Counted from the first letter of the stretch, positions 46,447 through 56,404 are shown. The stretch is 64,000 nt of DNA from an uncultured bacterium (GCA_903823865.1 CAIJUJ010000021.1:6732-70731); one strand, 5' to 3'. Program-made: numbers and translations. Notes: generated by a model from the letters alone, not told the origin.

Positions 46447-47808
46447 TTAAATTTTTGTAAGTATTTCTGTCACCATCTTTGGAACATCTTCAAAAGAAAT
46501 TTCAGTTTGTTCGCGAGATATGACATTTTTTATTTGCACAGTGTTTGTTTGTTTTTCTTTATCCCCTGCTATCAAAACAACTGGGATTTCTTGGGTCAAA
46601 GCATATGACAACTGACCTTTCAAATTTATTTCTTTTCCAAGATAAATTTCAGAATCAATATTATTTTTTCTCAACATTGTAACTATCTTCTGACAATAAT
46701 CTTCAGATTCTTTATCAAAATTTAGAACTATAGCTTTTGTAAGAGTTTTGCTCTTTTTTATTAAACCAAGTTTTTCCATTCCGACAAAAAGACGGTCAAC
46801 TCCGACAGAAGCTCCAACAGCCGGAAGATTTTGCGCGCTGAAACGAGAAACTAGGTCGTCATATCTTCCACCAGACAAAACACTCCCGATTGAAGGTAAA
46901 TCTGTAAGAACAGTCTCAAAAACAGGACCAGTATAATACCCAAAACCACGAGCAATTGAAAGATCTATCTGCCAAGATTTTTCTGGTACACCAAGAGCTG
47001 AAATATTTTTAGTCATTTCAATTAATTCATTTATTCCTTCCATCGCTACCGCTGAGCCACTCATTAACTCCGAAATTTTATTAATAGTTTCTGAAAATGG
47101 TAGAGAACGAAAATCCAAAAATTGTTTTAGTTTATCAATTTGACTTTCATCAAGCTTCACAACCTCTTTCAATTCTTTTACAACACCATTCCATTCAATT
47201 TTTTTTAGTTTATCAATGATGCGCAAAACATCAGCGTTTGATTTGCTGTCATAACCAATAAAATCACTTAGTCCGTTTAAAATTTTGCGATTATTTATTT
47301 TTATTTGAAAATTTTTCAATCCAAGAGCAATCATCACCTCATACATAAGTGCCACAATTTCGGCGTCCGCACTCATTCTGGCAGAGCCAACAATATCTGC
47401 ATCAAACTGTACAAACTCTCGAAAACGGCCGGCTTGTGGTCGCTCACCTCTCCAGCATTTACCCATCTGATAGCGTTTAAATGGCCTTGGAAGCTTGTCT
47501 TGATAAAGAGACACAACTCTGGCGAGAGGCACTGTAAGGTCAAATCTTAGGGCCAAATTTTCATCACCACCTTTTAGGCCAGCGCGAAAAATCTGCTTGC
47601 TAAAATTGGCGTCCCCACCTGTCAAAACTTCTTCTTTTTCAATACCAGGAGTGTCTAGTGGCAAAAAACCAAAACGCTCGAAAGTTGCACGAATTTTATC
47701 GCACATCATTTGACGGATAATCATTTCCTCTGGCAAATAATCTCTGAATCCGCTTTCTAATTCTAAATTTATGTTTTTTTGTTTGGTCATTTTTAATAAT
47801 TTACCCAC
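46447..47808 (-). CDS. hisS: histidyl-tRNA synthetase
   Basis: 'GFRDYLPEEM' motif 1 region; class II aaRS core; 453 aa. Confidence 0.85.
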   Translation of the reverse strand: MGKLLKMTKQKNINLELESGFRDYLPEEMIIRQMMCDKIRATFERFGFLPLDTPGIEKEEVLTGGDANFSKQIFRAGLKGGDENLALRFDLTVPLARVVSLYQDKLPRPFKRYQMGKCWRGERPQAGRFREFVQFDADIVGSARMSADAEIVALMYEVMIALGLKNFQIKINNRKILNGLSDFIGYDSKSNADVLRIIDKLKKIEWNGVVKELKEVVKLDESQIDKLKQFLDFRSLPFSETINKISELMSGSAVAMEGINELIEMTKNISALGVPEKSWQIDLSIARGFGYYTGPVFETVLTDLPSIGSVLSGGRYDDLVSRFSAQNLPAVGASVGVDRLFVGMEKLGLIKKSKTLTKAIVLNFDKESEDYCQKIVTMLRKNNIDSEIYLGKEINLKGQLSYALTQEIPVVLIAGDKEKQTNTVQIKNVISREQTEISFEDVPKMVTEILTKI

Positions 47809-47823
47809 CTAAATAACATAGCA

Positions 47824-48228
47824 TTATTCTGCACATTGTTCACCTTCTGCAAGCGTGGATGGATTACAATATGAATATGTGCAATCTTTCTCCCTTGTCG
47901 TGCAAGACAACTCTTCATTGCAGCCAATTTTTTCTGTGGTTTGTTCGCAAAGGAAAATTGTTTCGGCTTTTTTGCTTATATTTTTATAATATGTAATTCG
48001 TTCTGTAGTAGATGAGGCAGCAGAGCAAGCTTCGTCAGTTGTCGGATCGCAAATACTCATAAAACATTTTTCTATTTTTGGATCACAAGAAACCTGACTA
48101 ACAATTTGATAATTTTTCAAAATAACTATTTTTAAAAAAGTTACAGCAACAGAAAGAATAATGAGTGAGAACATCACTATATAGAATATCTTGTTTTTCT
48201 TGTCTGGTTTTTGTTCTGTGGTTTCCAT
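47824..48228 (-). CDS. membrane-anchored cysteine-rich small protein (paralog of 42973-43389)
   Basis: 'SCDPKIEKCFMSICD...AC...YY...C...C...C..YSYCN' aligned with the first copy. Confidence 0.5.
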   Translation of the reverse strand: METTEQKPDKKNKIFYIVMFSLIILSVAVTFLKIVILKNYQIVSQVSCDPKIEKCFMSICDPTTDEACSAASSTTERITYYKNISKKAETIFLCEQTTEKIGCNEELSCTTREKDCTYSYCNPSTLAEGEQCAE

Positions 48229-48264
48229 AGTGTTATTTTAACATAATTTAATATATTTATTAAA

Positions 48265-48756
48265 TTATTTTTTCTTATTCAATTCAACTGCTTTTTTCAT
48301 GATTCTGTCGCCAATTTCCTGCCAATAAAAATATTCTTTATAATCTTTTGGATCAATTAATTTTATTTCTGTGATATCTTCATCTGGATCAGAAACAAAT
48401 GGACCATACGGCTCAACAATACAAAACGAACGAGTTGTTCTTGTTATACCAGTTGGTTCATAAAAATCACAAAACCCGATAAGTTCTTGATGTAAGACTT
48501 TCATATTTGATTCCTCTTTTACCTCACGAATAACTGCTTCTTCATATGTTTCTCCTTTTTCTATGCCACCACCTGGCGGAGTCCACTTTTTTGTTTTATT
48601 CGCATAAACTAAAACAAATTTATCTCCACAAAAACAAAAAGCATGAACACCTTTAAGATTTCTGCCTTTTAAATCTTTCGTTGGATCAATCCCTTCATAA
48701 TAAATGTAGTCAATTTTTCTACCATCACTATCTGTATAAGTCGATTTAATTTTCAT
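48265..48756 (-). CDS. NUDIX hydrolase
   Basis: Nudix box 'GGGIEKGETYEEAVIREVKEESN'. Confidence 0.8.
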   Translation of the reverse strand: MKIKSTYTDSDGRKIDYIYYEGIDPTKDLKGRNLKGVHAFCFCGDKFVLVYANKTKKWTPPGGGIEKGETYEEAVIREVKEESNMKVLHQELIGFCDFYEPTGITRTTRSFCIVEPYGPFVSDPDEDITEIKLIDPKDYKEYFYWQEIGDRIMKKAVELNKKK

Positions 48757-48768
48757 ATGATTTTAATT

Positions 48769-49185
48769 TTATCTATCCGAACGGCCTAATAAAATTCTTG
48801 TTAAATAGTGTGCTAAATTTTCTAACTTTTCCAAATATAAATCATGCTTAGCTTTTGAAGCTTTATTTTTTATTAACTCATTTTCGCAAGATTTGTCATA
48901 ATCATATAGTAAAACGTGAATCAATTCATGAACAAGCGTGTATTCCTCATCTCCTCGAAATGGATTCCATGTCATGAGAATTGAAGCAGTTTTCTTCTTT
49001 GGATTTGCAATAAAATCTCCACTTTGGCGATAGTCTGTTCTTTTAAAATCAACTATCTGCAAATCAAGTTCCCAATCAGTCATCTGCAACTTTTTCTGCC
49101 ATTTATTTAAAAGTTTATTTAAATTTACTTTTGACTTACCATTTTTTTGTTTTATATCAAATATAATTTTTCTGTTTGATTTCAT
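48769..49185 (-). CDS. small HExxH (zincin-like) protein
   Basis: 'LVHELIHVLL' motif; 138 aa. Confidence 0.35.
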   Translation of the reverse strand: MKSNRKIIFDIKQKNGKSKVNLNKLLNKWQKKLQMTDWELDLQIVDFKRTDYRQSGDFIANPKKKTASILMTWNPFRGDEEYTLVHELIHVLLYDYDKSCENELIKNKASKAKHDLYLEKLENLAHYLTRILLGRSDR

Positions 49186-49209
49186 GAATTAATAATAACA
49201 TAAAAATAT

Positions 49210-49845
49210 TTAGTCCAAATGCGCATGGTCGTTCCAAATCCACAACCACCAAGGCGAATATTTTTGTTCTTTATCATAACCAAAAACTGTAATTCCAGTG
49301 TTTTCCATGTGAAGTTTATGAACAAATCTTGCACATTCATCTCCGGTAAGCTTTTTACCAAATAGTGCATATGCCATAACAACTCTCATAAAAAAACCAT
49401 GTGTAACAACAAGAATGTGTTCCTCGGGCATATCTTCTAATAATTTTAAAGCCTTCACTGCCCTTTTTTTCAAATCATCAAAATTTTCTTCATCAGAGTA
49501 GCGATAGCCTGGAAGATGAAAATTGGCAAAAAAAATTTTTTCTGCTTCTAGACCCTTTGGGTCATCTTTTGGTACATTGTATGCCTCTTTTGCTCTACGA
49601 CGTTCAACAAATAAATCTGAGTACTCAATCGGTTTCTTTGCTTTCTCCAAAATAATATCAGCGGTCTGTTTTGCCCGCACCATTGTGCTACATATAACAA
49701 TTTCAATTGGAAGTTTCGCACATCTTTTTGCAACAATACCTGCTTGTTTTTGCCCTTTCTTTGTAAGGGGTGACTCTTCTGATGAACGAATCAGGCCAGC
49801 GTTCCCCTCGCATTCACCGTGTCTTACAAAATAAATCTTTTTCAT
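49210..49845 (-). CDS. histidine phosphatase family protein (phosphoglycerate-mutase-like)
   Basis: 'YFVRHGECEGN' RHG catalytic motif. Confidence 0.85.
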   Translation of the reverse strand: MKKIYFVRHGECEGNAGLIRSSEESPLTKKGQKQAGIVAKRCAKLPIEIVICSTMVRAKQTADIILEKAKKPIEYSDLFVERRRAKEAYNVPKDDPKGLEAEKIFFANFHLPGYRYSDEENFDDLKKRAVKALKLLEDMPEEHILVVTHGFFMRVVMAYALFGKKLTGDECARFVHKLHMENTGITVFGYDKEQKYSPWWLWIWNDHAHLD

Positions 49846-50297
49846 AATAGATTTCGTGTTTTTGTATAATCTTTATAAATAACGTGTGGTTTATTATCAT
49901 TCGATAAAATATAGTCTTTCATAATTTTTGGTCTAATATCAGTTTTGGCAAATTCTGAAATGGGACATTCTACTAGCTTAAATTCTTTAACATTTATCTT
50001 TAGTTCATCTGGCACTTCATAAAAAAAACATATTTCATGAAATTTCTTTTCATTCTCAAAAACAAAAAAATTCTCAAGTGTGGTTTTGAAATTAACTTTA
50101 TCAACTTTAATACCTGTTTCTTCAAAAAACTCTCTTTTTGCAGCTTCTTCAGAAGTTTCATTTATCTTTATTCTTCCACCAACAAAATATAAATAACCAT
50201 CTGGATTTTTTTCAAACAAATAACCATTTTTTGTATGAGCAAGTATAACGACTCTGACATTTAATATAGAATCTTTTACTGAAATTGTGAGGTCCAT
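49842..50297 (-). CDS. NUDIX hydrolase
   Basis: Nudix box 'GGRIKINETSEEAAKREFFEETG'. Confidence 0.75.
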   Translation of the reverse strand: MDLTISVKDSILNVRVVILAHTKNGYLFEKNPDGYLYFVGGRIKINETSEEAAKREFFEETGIKVDKVNFKTTLENFFVFENEKKFHEICFFYEVPDELKINVKEFKLVECPISEFAKTDIRPKIMKDYILSNDNKPHVIYKDYTKTRNLL

Positions 50298-50354
50298 ATA
50301 TTTGGATAGTTTAGAAACGAATAATAACTTTTTTACACGATAAAAACAAGCGAA

Positions 50355-50861
50355 TTATTTAAATATTTTTTTATCTATAAAATCATTGATATCCTTAAAT
50401 GAAGATAGAATAATCAACTTATTTTTATAAGGCTTTATAACATCCATGTGAGTTGGTTTCCCTTTTTTGTAACTAAGCCCATATCTTTTATAAAAAACGT
50501 GCTTCATTAATTTGATGGTTGCTATAAAACTTTTATCATTTCTTTCGAAGTGTCTTTTTAAAATAGTAAACCATTGAGAAAAAATATTATTATATTTAAG
50601 ATAAATTATTATATCAGAAGAATTTAAACCTTCTTCCAACAGCCAATGTGTTGTCCCTTCGACAATCCATTTATCACCTTTATAAATCTGATTAATTTTA
50701 TTAACGGCTTCTTTTCTGTCCCTTGGTTTGGTAAATTTTATCTCATAATAAAAATCATCTGTTGAATAATTATTTATCCTGAGTTTTTTTGAAAGTTCCG
50801 AAGCTAAGGTTGTTTTTCCACGACCAGCATCTCCAATAATGATTATTTTATGATTAATCAT
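50355..50861 (-). CDS. P-loop NTPase/kinase (adenylate-kinase-like fold)
   Basis: Walker A 'GDAGRGKTT' at the N-terminus; 168 aa. Confidence 0.55.
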   Translation of the reverse strand: MINHKIIIIGDAGRGKTTLASELSKKLRINNYSTDDFYYEIKFTKPRDRKEAVNKINQIYKGDKWIVEGTTHWLLEEGLNSSDIIIYLKYNNIFSQWFTILKRHFERNDKSFIATIKLMKHVFYKRYGLSYKKGKPTHMDVIKPYKNKLIILSSFKDINDFIDKKIFK

Positions 50862-50932
50862 AATTTTATTTTAGCATATATTTTATTATTTGAACGAAGT
50901 GGTTTTAAAATATGTCATGAGTGTCTGTCCAG

Positions 50933-52360
50933 TTATATTTTTGATGAAATATTATTTAAATCAAAAGTTTTGTTAAGTTTTATTTTCTCAACAAAATACC
51001 TATCATGACTTACTACAATAAGAGTACCGCTGTATTTCCTTAGGCCATTCTCTAGTTCTTCAGTAGCTTCTAAATCGAGGTGGTTGCTTGGTTCATCAAG
51101 AATAATACAATTTGGTTTCATGGCTACAAGCTCAGCAATTATCAAGCGAGAATATTCACCCGGACTAAGAAAAGAAATATGTTTTTTTACATCTTCAGTT
51201 GTAATTCTGAATCTGTTAAGTAACTTCCTAGCCTCTGTCTCTGGTATTTTTGTTATTTCTAGAAATTCATTTATTACTTTTTTATCAGATCTATTCAGCC
51301 ACCTTTCCTGAGAAATATATCCAATTTTAATATTTTCTCCTTTTTCAACTGTTCCAGAGTCAGCTTTTATTTCTTCAGTAATTATTTTTAATAATGTGGT
51401 TTTTCCTGTTCCATTATTTCCAATAATATGAAATCTGTCACCATAACTAATTGAAAGATTTATTGGGCCAATTTTTCTTATACCAATTTTCTTTTCAGCA
51501 TCTTTGATATTAAATACCTTGACACCACCTTTTTCGTTATCAAATACAATCTTGAGGGGCAATTCGTATACTGGTTTAACTACATCGCTTGAATTTTCTT
51601 CATACCTTTTAAGTTTATCTTTCGTTATTTTAAGACGCCTTGCCGCTTTTCCATCAGCTCCTTTCCAGTGTACATTTGTGGAATCATCTTCTTTTGCTTT
51701 TTTACCTTTTTTCTGGGATTCTATTTTTTTAAGCCAGTTAGATTTTAATTCTATGTTGGTAGAAATTTTTTTTGTTTTATCAACCTTATCATTATATTCT
51801 TTCCATTGTCTTTCAATTTTTGCTTTTCTTTGCTCGGTGTAATTTGAATAGTTTCCTTCATAAATAAAGGATGATTTTGTAATAATATCTATCTCAACAA
51901 TCTTTGTCACAATTTTATCTAAGAAAGCCCTGTCATGAGAAACTATTAAAAAAGCTCTTGCGCTTTTATTGATGAAATTTTCAAGCATTTTTAATCCATC
52001 AAAATCAAGATTGTTTGTTGGTTCATCAAGAATAAATAGGTCTGCATCAGATGACATTATGGGTGTAAGGATTTTTTTTGCAATTTCCCCACCACTAAGC
52101 TTTTCACTTTCTAAATGTATTTGGGGAAGATATTTAATTTTGAGTTTTTTAGAATAAGAGATATCACCGTTATCTTTTTCTAAATTATTTGCAATTATTT
52201 TTAATAAAGTTGTTTTTCCAGAACCATTTGGACCAGTCAAACCGATTTTTTCATTTTTTGAAATAGTAAAAGATATATCCCTTAAGACCTCTACTAGTTC
52301 AAATTTTTTTGAGATATGACTACAGGAAAAAATTACAGATTGTTGATTTTTATTATTCAT
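50933..52360 (-). CDS. ABC-F family ATPase (two NBDs, no TMD; short inter-domain linker)
   Basis: Two Walker A sites 'GPNGSGKTT' and 'GNNGTGKTT', two LSGGE signatures, coiled linker. Confidence 0.8.
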   Translation of the reverse strand: MNNKNQQSVIFSCSHISKKFELVEVLRDISFTISKNEKIGLTGPNGSGKTTLLKIIANNLEKDNGDISYSKKLKIKYLPQIHLESEKLSGGEIAKKILTPIMSSDADLFILDEPTNNLDFDGLKMLENFINKSARAFLIVSHDRAFLDKIVTKIVEIDIITKSSFIYEGNYSNYTEQRKAKIERQWKEYNDKVDKTKKISTNIELKSNWLKKIESQKKGKKAKEDDSTNVHWKGADGKAARRLKITKDKLKRYEENSSDVVKPVYELPLKIVFDNEKGGVKVFNIKDAEKKIGIRKIGPINLSISYGDRFHIIGNNGTGKTTLLKIITEEIKADSGTVEKGENIKIGYISQERWLNRSDKKVINEFLEITKIPETEARKLLNRFRITTEDVKKHISFLSPGEYSRLIIAELVAMKPNCIILDEPSNHLDLEATEELENGLRKYSGTLIVVSHDRYFVEKIKLNKTFDLNNISSKI

Positions 52361-52498
52361 AGATAAAGATTCCGCTACGTAAATTAAATTAAATTATTAA
52401 TGTAATATTTATCTTTATATTTTCACTGACGTATTTTATTTTTTTAAATCAAACTTATTTTAATGTCTAAACGCACCAAAAAACTTTACGGTGAAAAG

Positions 52499-52569
52499 CT
52501 GCGGGACTTGGGCTCGAACCAAGATTCCATGCTCCAGAGGCATATGTCCTACCATTAGACGATCCCGCA
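52499..52569 (-). tRNA. tRNA-Gln (CTG) with U1-A72, G73
   Basis: Acceptor UGCGGGA/UCCCGCA, anticodon loop CUCUGGA, T CTTGG-TTCGAGC-CCAAG. Confidence 0.8.
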
Positions 52570-52631
52570 ATAAACTAAAGAATACTTGAAAAGTAGTAAA
52601 TATTCAAGCCTGCCTGCACAGATAGATTAAA

Positions 52632-52666
52632 AGGCATCTTGACTATTGAGCCAAAATGCCTTTTAT
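52632..52666. terminator. bidirectional terminator downstream of ftsX
   Basis: aaaaggcat-...-atgcctttt. Confidence 0.7.
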
Positions 52667-52678
52667 AATTAAGTAAAT

Positions 52679-53611
52679 TTAATTCTTCAAATACTTTTGT
52701 ACAGCTAGATAGCTTGCGATAGAACCAAAAATAATACCACCACCAAGAATTGAGCTAAATATGGCTAAGAAATGATTTAGATAATACGAAAATAAATCGA
52801 ATCCCATAAAATATTCGCCGTAATAATGATTAATTGTAAAAGTAATAAGAGCAAAAGCTAATAAAATAATTATTGCCGAAATAATGCCACACAAAAGTCC
52901 ACTTACTATAAATGGTCCTTTTACGTATGTACTTGATGCACCAACAAGTCTCATAACTGATATTTCATCACGGGCCATAAAGATAGTGAGACGAATTGTA
53001 TTAAAAGTGACAATAATCGAAATGAGAATAAAAATAATTGCAAACCAAATTCCCAAGACATTTACTGAATCAATAATTTTTGACAATCGGTCGATAACTA
53101 TTTTATTTTGAGAATAATTAACTTTATCTATAATATTGGAACCATTCTGAGAAAGAGTGTTATCACTTGCATCAGACAAATATTTTGCAATACCAGCATA
53201 TTGCGATGGGTCTTTGGCTTTTATATTTAAAGTTGCTCCAAGAGGATTTGCGCCCAACTCATCTAAAGCTTGCAGGGTAAGATTGTCATTTTGATGCTTA
53301 TCTTTGAAATTTACTAAGGCTTGGTCGCTTGAAATAAATTCAACAGATGAAACCTCTGGCAACGCTTCAAGTGATTTTTTAACCGACAAAATATCATTTT
53401 CTGATGCAGTTGTAACAAAATAAACATTTACATCAACTTTGCCTTTTACTTGATCCAAACTGTAGTTTAAAAAACCCCCGAGTAAAATGATTGATGTAAG
53501 TATAAAAAGTGTAACCGTCATAACTAAAACGGAAGACAGTGAAACAAAACCATTTCTTATAAAATTTTGTAATCCTGATTTAAATATTCTTTTTGTAGCA
53601 AGCCAAATCAT
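52679..53611 (-). CDS. ftsX: cell-division ABC transporter permease FtsX
   Basis: 4-TM with large periplasmic loop, downstream of ftsE. Confidence 0.85.
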   Translation of the reverse strand: MIWLATKRIFKSGLQNFIRNGFVSLSSVLVMTVTLFILTSIILLGGFLNYSLDQVKGKVDVNVYFVTTASENDILSVKKSLEALPEVSSVEFISSDQALVNFKDKHQNDNLTLQALDELGANPLGATLNIKAKDPSQYAGIAKYLSDASDNTLSQNGSNIIDKVNYSQNKIVIDRLSKIIDSVNVLGIWFAIIFILISIIVTFNTIRLTIFMARDEISVMRLVGASSTYVKGPFIVSGLLCGIISAIIILLAFALITFTINHYYGEYFMGFDLFSYYLNHFLAIFSSILGGGIIFGSIASYLAVQKYLKN

Positions 53612-53627
53612 AATTATATTATATCAA

Positions 53628-54344
53628 CTATAAAACATATTTGCCCGTCTTATCATCACGAACAACTTTACCCTTTTCCATTGTTATTACCCTTTTGCCA
53701 AGTGAATCTATAACTCCTTTATTGTGGGTTGTGAGAATAATTGTGGTACCAAGATCATTTATCTTTTTCAAAATCTGAATAATTTCATTTGTGTTTATTG
53801 GGTCAAGATTCCCTGTTGGCTCATCGGCGACGATAATATCCGGCTGATTCACAATCGCACGAGCTATCGCAACTCTTTGTTTTTCTCCACCAGAAAGCTC
53901 ATGAGGAAAATTATAAGACTTGTTGGTCAAATCCACCAAATTTAATACATGTGGGACATCAGCACAAATTTCATCGTCACATCTTCCAGACATTTCCATA
54001 GCAAAAGCTATATTTTCATAAACGGTTTTGTTTGGTAAAAGTTTAAAATCTTGAAAAACTGTGCCTATTTTTCGTCTAAAATGGTGAATTTCGTGCTTTT
54101 TTAGGTGATTTACGTTTAAAGATTCATAAAAAACCTTGCCTGAGCTAGGTTTTTCTTCAGATAAAAGCATCTTTACAAGAGTTGTTTTTCCAGCCCCCGA
54201 ATGGCCAACTATGGAAACAAATTCTTTTGGTTCAATAATCAAACTCACTCCTTCCAAAGCAATTGTGCCATCTGGGTATATTTTTGTAACTTTATCAAAA
54301 ACTATCATTAGATTCATTATATCACCCAAGACGTACTGAGACAA
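53628..54344 (-). CDS. ftsE: cell-division ABC ATPase FtsE
   Basis: 'GHSGAGKTT', 'LSGGEKQR', 'ADEPTGNLD'. Confidence 0.9.
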   Translation of the reverse strand: MSQYVLGDIMNLMIVFDKVTKIYPDGTIALEGVSLIIEPKEFVSIVGHSGAGKTTLVKMLLSEEKPSSGKVFYESLNVNHLKKHEIHHFRRKIGTVFQDFKLLPNKTVYENIAFAMEMSGRCDDEICADVPHVLNLVDLTNKSYNFPHELSGGEKQRVAIARAIVNQPDIIVADEPTGNLDPINTNEIIQILKKINDLGTTIILTTHNKGVIDSLGKRVITMEKGKVVRDDKTGKYVL

Positions 54345-54386
54345 GATAAAAGGCCAGCTTTGCTCTGAAAAACTAGCCTTTTATCT

Positions 54387-55262
54387 TTAATTCAAGCTTT
54401 TCTCCGCATCAATAAATTCATTGAGCTCACCATTAAGTACTTTGTCAATATTATTTGTTTCAATATTTGTTCTATGATCCTTAATCATTTTGTATGGATG
54501 AAAAACATAGGAACGAATCTGACTCCCCCATTCTATAGACATCGTTTTACTAATATGCAAACCTGCATGTCTGGTTATATTTTCTTCTTCTTTTAATTTA
54601 AATAATTTACCTTTGAGAATTTGAACTGCTTTTTCTTTGTTTTGTAACTGCGACCTCTCTGAGGCACCGCGAACAGATATTCCTGTGGGGATATGAGTAA
54701 TTCTCACTGCAGTCTCGCGTTTATTTACATTCTGTCCTCCTGGACCACCAGCTTTTGATGTTTCAATTTTTAAATCACTTTCTGGTATTTCAATATCTCC
54801 ATCTTTTTCTATTTTTGGTACTACTTCTACTAAAGAAAAAGAAGTTTGCCTCAAATTTTTTGAATTAAACGGAGAAAGTCTTACAAGACGATGAACTCCA
54901 GATTCGTGCTTTAATAATCCATATGCGTTTGGGCCTAAAATTTCAAGAGTAATATTTCGGTAGCCGCCATGGTCATTCTCTGTTTCGTCTAATATTTTAT
55001 AATCCCAATTATTTTTAATAAAATATTTTGAATACATTTCAAACAATATCCTAGAAAAATCTTCCGCATCATCTCCACCCGCACCAGAAAAAATTGTCAT
55101 TATGGCATGTCCTTTATTATATTTATCTTTACCAAGAATTTCAGATTTTAGAAAATTAAGCTCTTTCAATATTGCTTGTGCCTTATTTTTGTCAGCCCAA
55201 AAATCCGGAGCCTGCATCTCTTTTTCTAACTCTTGAATTTTTTTATTTATTTCCTCTTTCAT
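54387..55262 (-). CDS. prfB: peptide chain release factor 2, short form without N-terminal frameshift segment
   Basis: 'SPF' tripeptide, 'GGQNVNK' GGQ motif; 291 aa; ATG 2 nt from the tRNA-Thr 3' end. Confidence 0.85.
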   Translation of the reverse strand: MKEEINKKIQELEKEMQAPDFWADKNKAQAILKELNFLKSEILGKDKYNKGHAIMTIFSGAGGDDAEDFSRILFEMYSKYFIKNNWDYKILDETENDHGGYRNITLEILGPNAYGLLKHESGVHRLVRLSPFNSKNLRQTSFSLVEVVPKIEKDGDIEIPESDLKIETSKAGGPGGQNVNKRETAVRITHIPTGISVRGASERSQLQNKEKAVQILKGKLFKLKEEENITRHAGLHISKTMSIEWGSQIRSYVFHPYKMIKDHRTNIETNNIDKVLNGELNEFIDAEKSLN

Positions 55263-55263
55263 G

Positions 55264-55336
55264 AGCCACCTCCCAGGATCGAACTGGGGACCCCGTCTTT
55301 ACGAAAGACGTGCTCTACCAACTGAGCTAAGGTGGC
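55264..55336 (-). tRNA. tRNA-Thr (CGT)
   Basis: Acceptor GCCACCU/AGGUGGC, anticodon loop UUCGUAA, U73. Confidence 0.85.
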
Positions 55337-55348
55337 ACCTCCCAGCAG

Positions 55349-55421
55349 AGCCATTGACCAGGATCGAACTGGTGACCTCGTCATTACCAATGACGTGCTC
55401 TACCGACTGAGCTACAATGGC
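55349..55421 (-). tRNA. tRNA-Thr (GGT)
   Basis: Acceptor GCCAUUG/CAAUGGC, anticodon loop UUGGUAA, U73. Confidence 0.85.
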
Positions 55422-55567
55422 TTAAACACAGCTGAATATTAAGCGATTTTTGCCTTTTTTGCAAAGAAAATATTATATTTGCACCCAACATATAAAAGTT
55501 ACCGTATTAATATTTAAGGTCAGACATAATCGATTGTCTACAGTTTATTAAAATAATATTTAAATTT

Positions 55568-56380
55568 ATGAGTAATAAAAAATATGTTTCTATTGGTTTG
55601 GTATTAGCGATTATTGGATTAGGACTAATTACAGCTCCAGCATTGGCAGCGACAACATCAACAAATACACCTAGATATGCTGGCCATGGAACTGGGCCAA
55701 GAGGAGTTGGTCAAGAAATAAAACCAACAATTGTTGGGACAGTTTCTTCCATAAGTGGCAATAGTATTATTGTAACTGGAAGACAAGGTTTTGCTTTTGG
55801 TCAAAAAAATAAAGCGACATCTACACAACCAGTTTCCAGTGTCACATATACTGTTGACGCATCAAGTGCAACTGTAATGAAAAGTAATGCAACAAGTTCA
55901 GTTTCAAATATTTCTGTCGGCGATACAATACTAGTTCAAGGTACAATTAGTGGTACAAATATCACTGCAACTTTAATCCGTGATGGAATTATTAATAACG
56001 GACAAAACAGAATGCAAAATCAAAATGGAGATCAAAGAAATTTTTCTTCATCAACAATTCAGGGAAATGGACAACCTGTAATTGCCGGGACAATATCAGC
56101 AATTAATGGCTCGACAATAACTGTTACAAACAAAAGCAACGTCACCTATACAATAGATGCAACAAATGCAAAAATCACGCAAGGTCAAAATATAGTTACC
56201 ATTTCAAATATTGCAGTTGGAAATAATGTAATGATTCAGGGAACAGTAAATGGAAACTCAGTCGTAGCATCTTCAATTATCACTCAGGTTAATCAGACAA
56301 ACACTAATGCTCCAGCAAAAAAGCCCGTAGGCTTCTTTGGAGCGATTGGTAATTTCTTTAAGAATTTGTTTGGGTTTTAA
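55568..56380 (+). CDS. secreted beta-rich repeat protein (three ~70-aa repeats, DUF5666-like)
   Basis: Signal peptide 'LAIIGLGLITAPALA'; repeated 'VxGTxSxIxGxxIxVT...TYTxDA' units. Confidence 0.5.
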   Translation: MSNKKYVSIGLVLAIIGLGLITAPALAATTSTNTPRYAGHGTGPRGVGQEIKPTIVGTVSSISGNSIIVTGRQGFAFGQKNKATSTQPVSSVTYTVDASSATVMKSNATSSVSNISVGDTILVQGTISGTNITATLIRDGIINNGQNRMQNQNGDQRNFSSSTIQGNGQPVIAGTISAINGSTITVTNKSNVTYTIDATNAKITQGQNIVTISNIAVGNNVMIQGTVNGNSVVASSIITQVNQTNTNAPAKKPVGFFGAIGNFFKNLFGF

Positions 56381-56404
56381 TTTGAGTTAAAAATTTATTA
56401 GATA

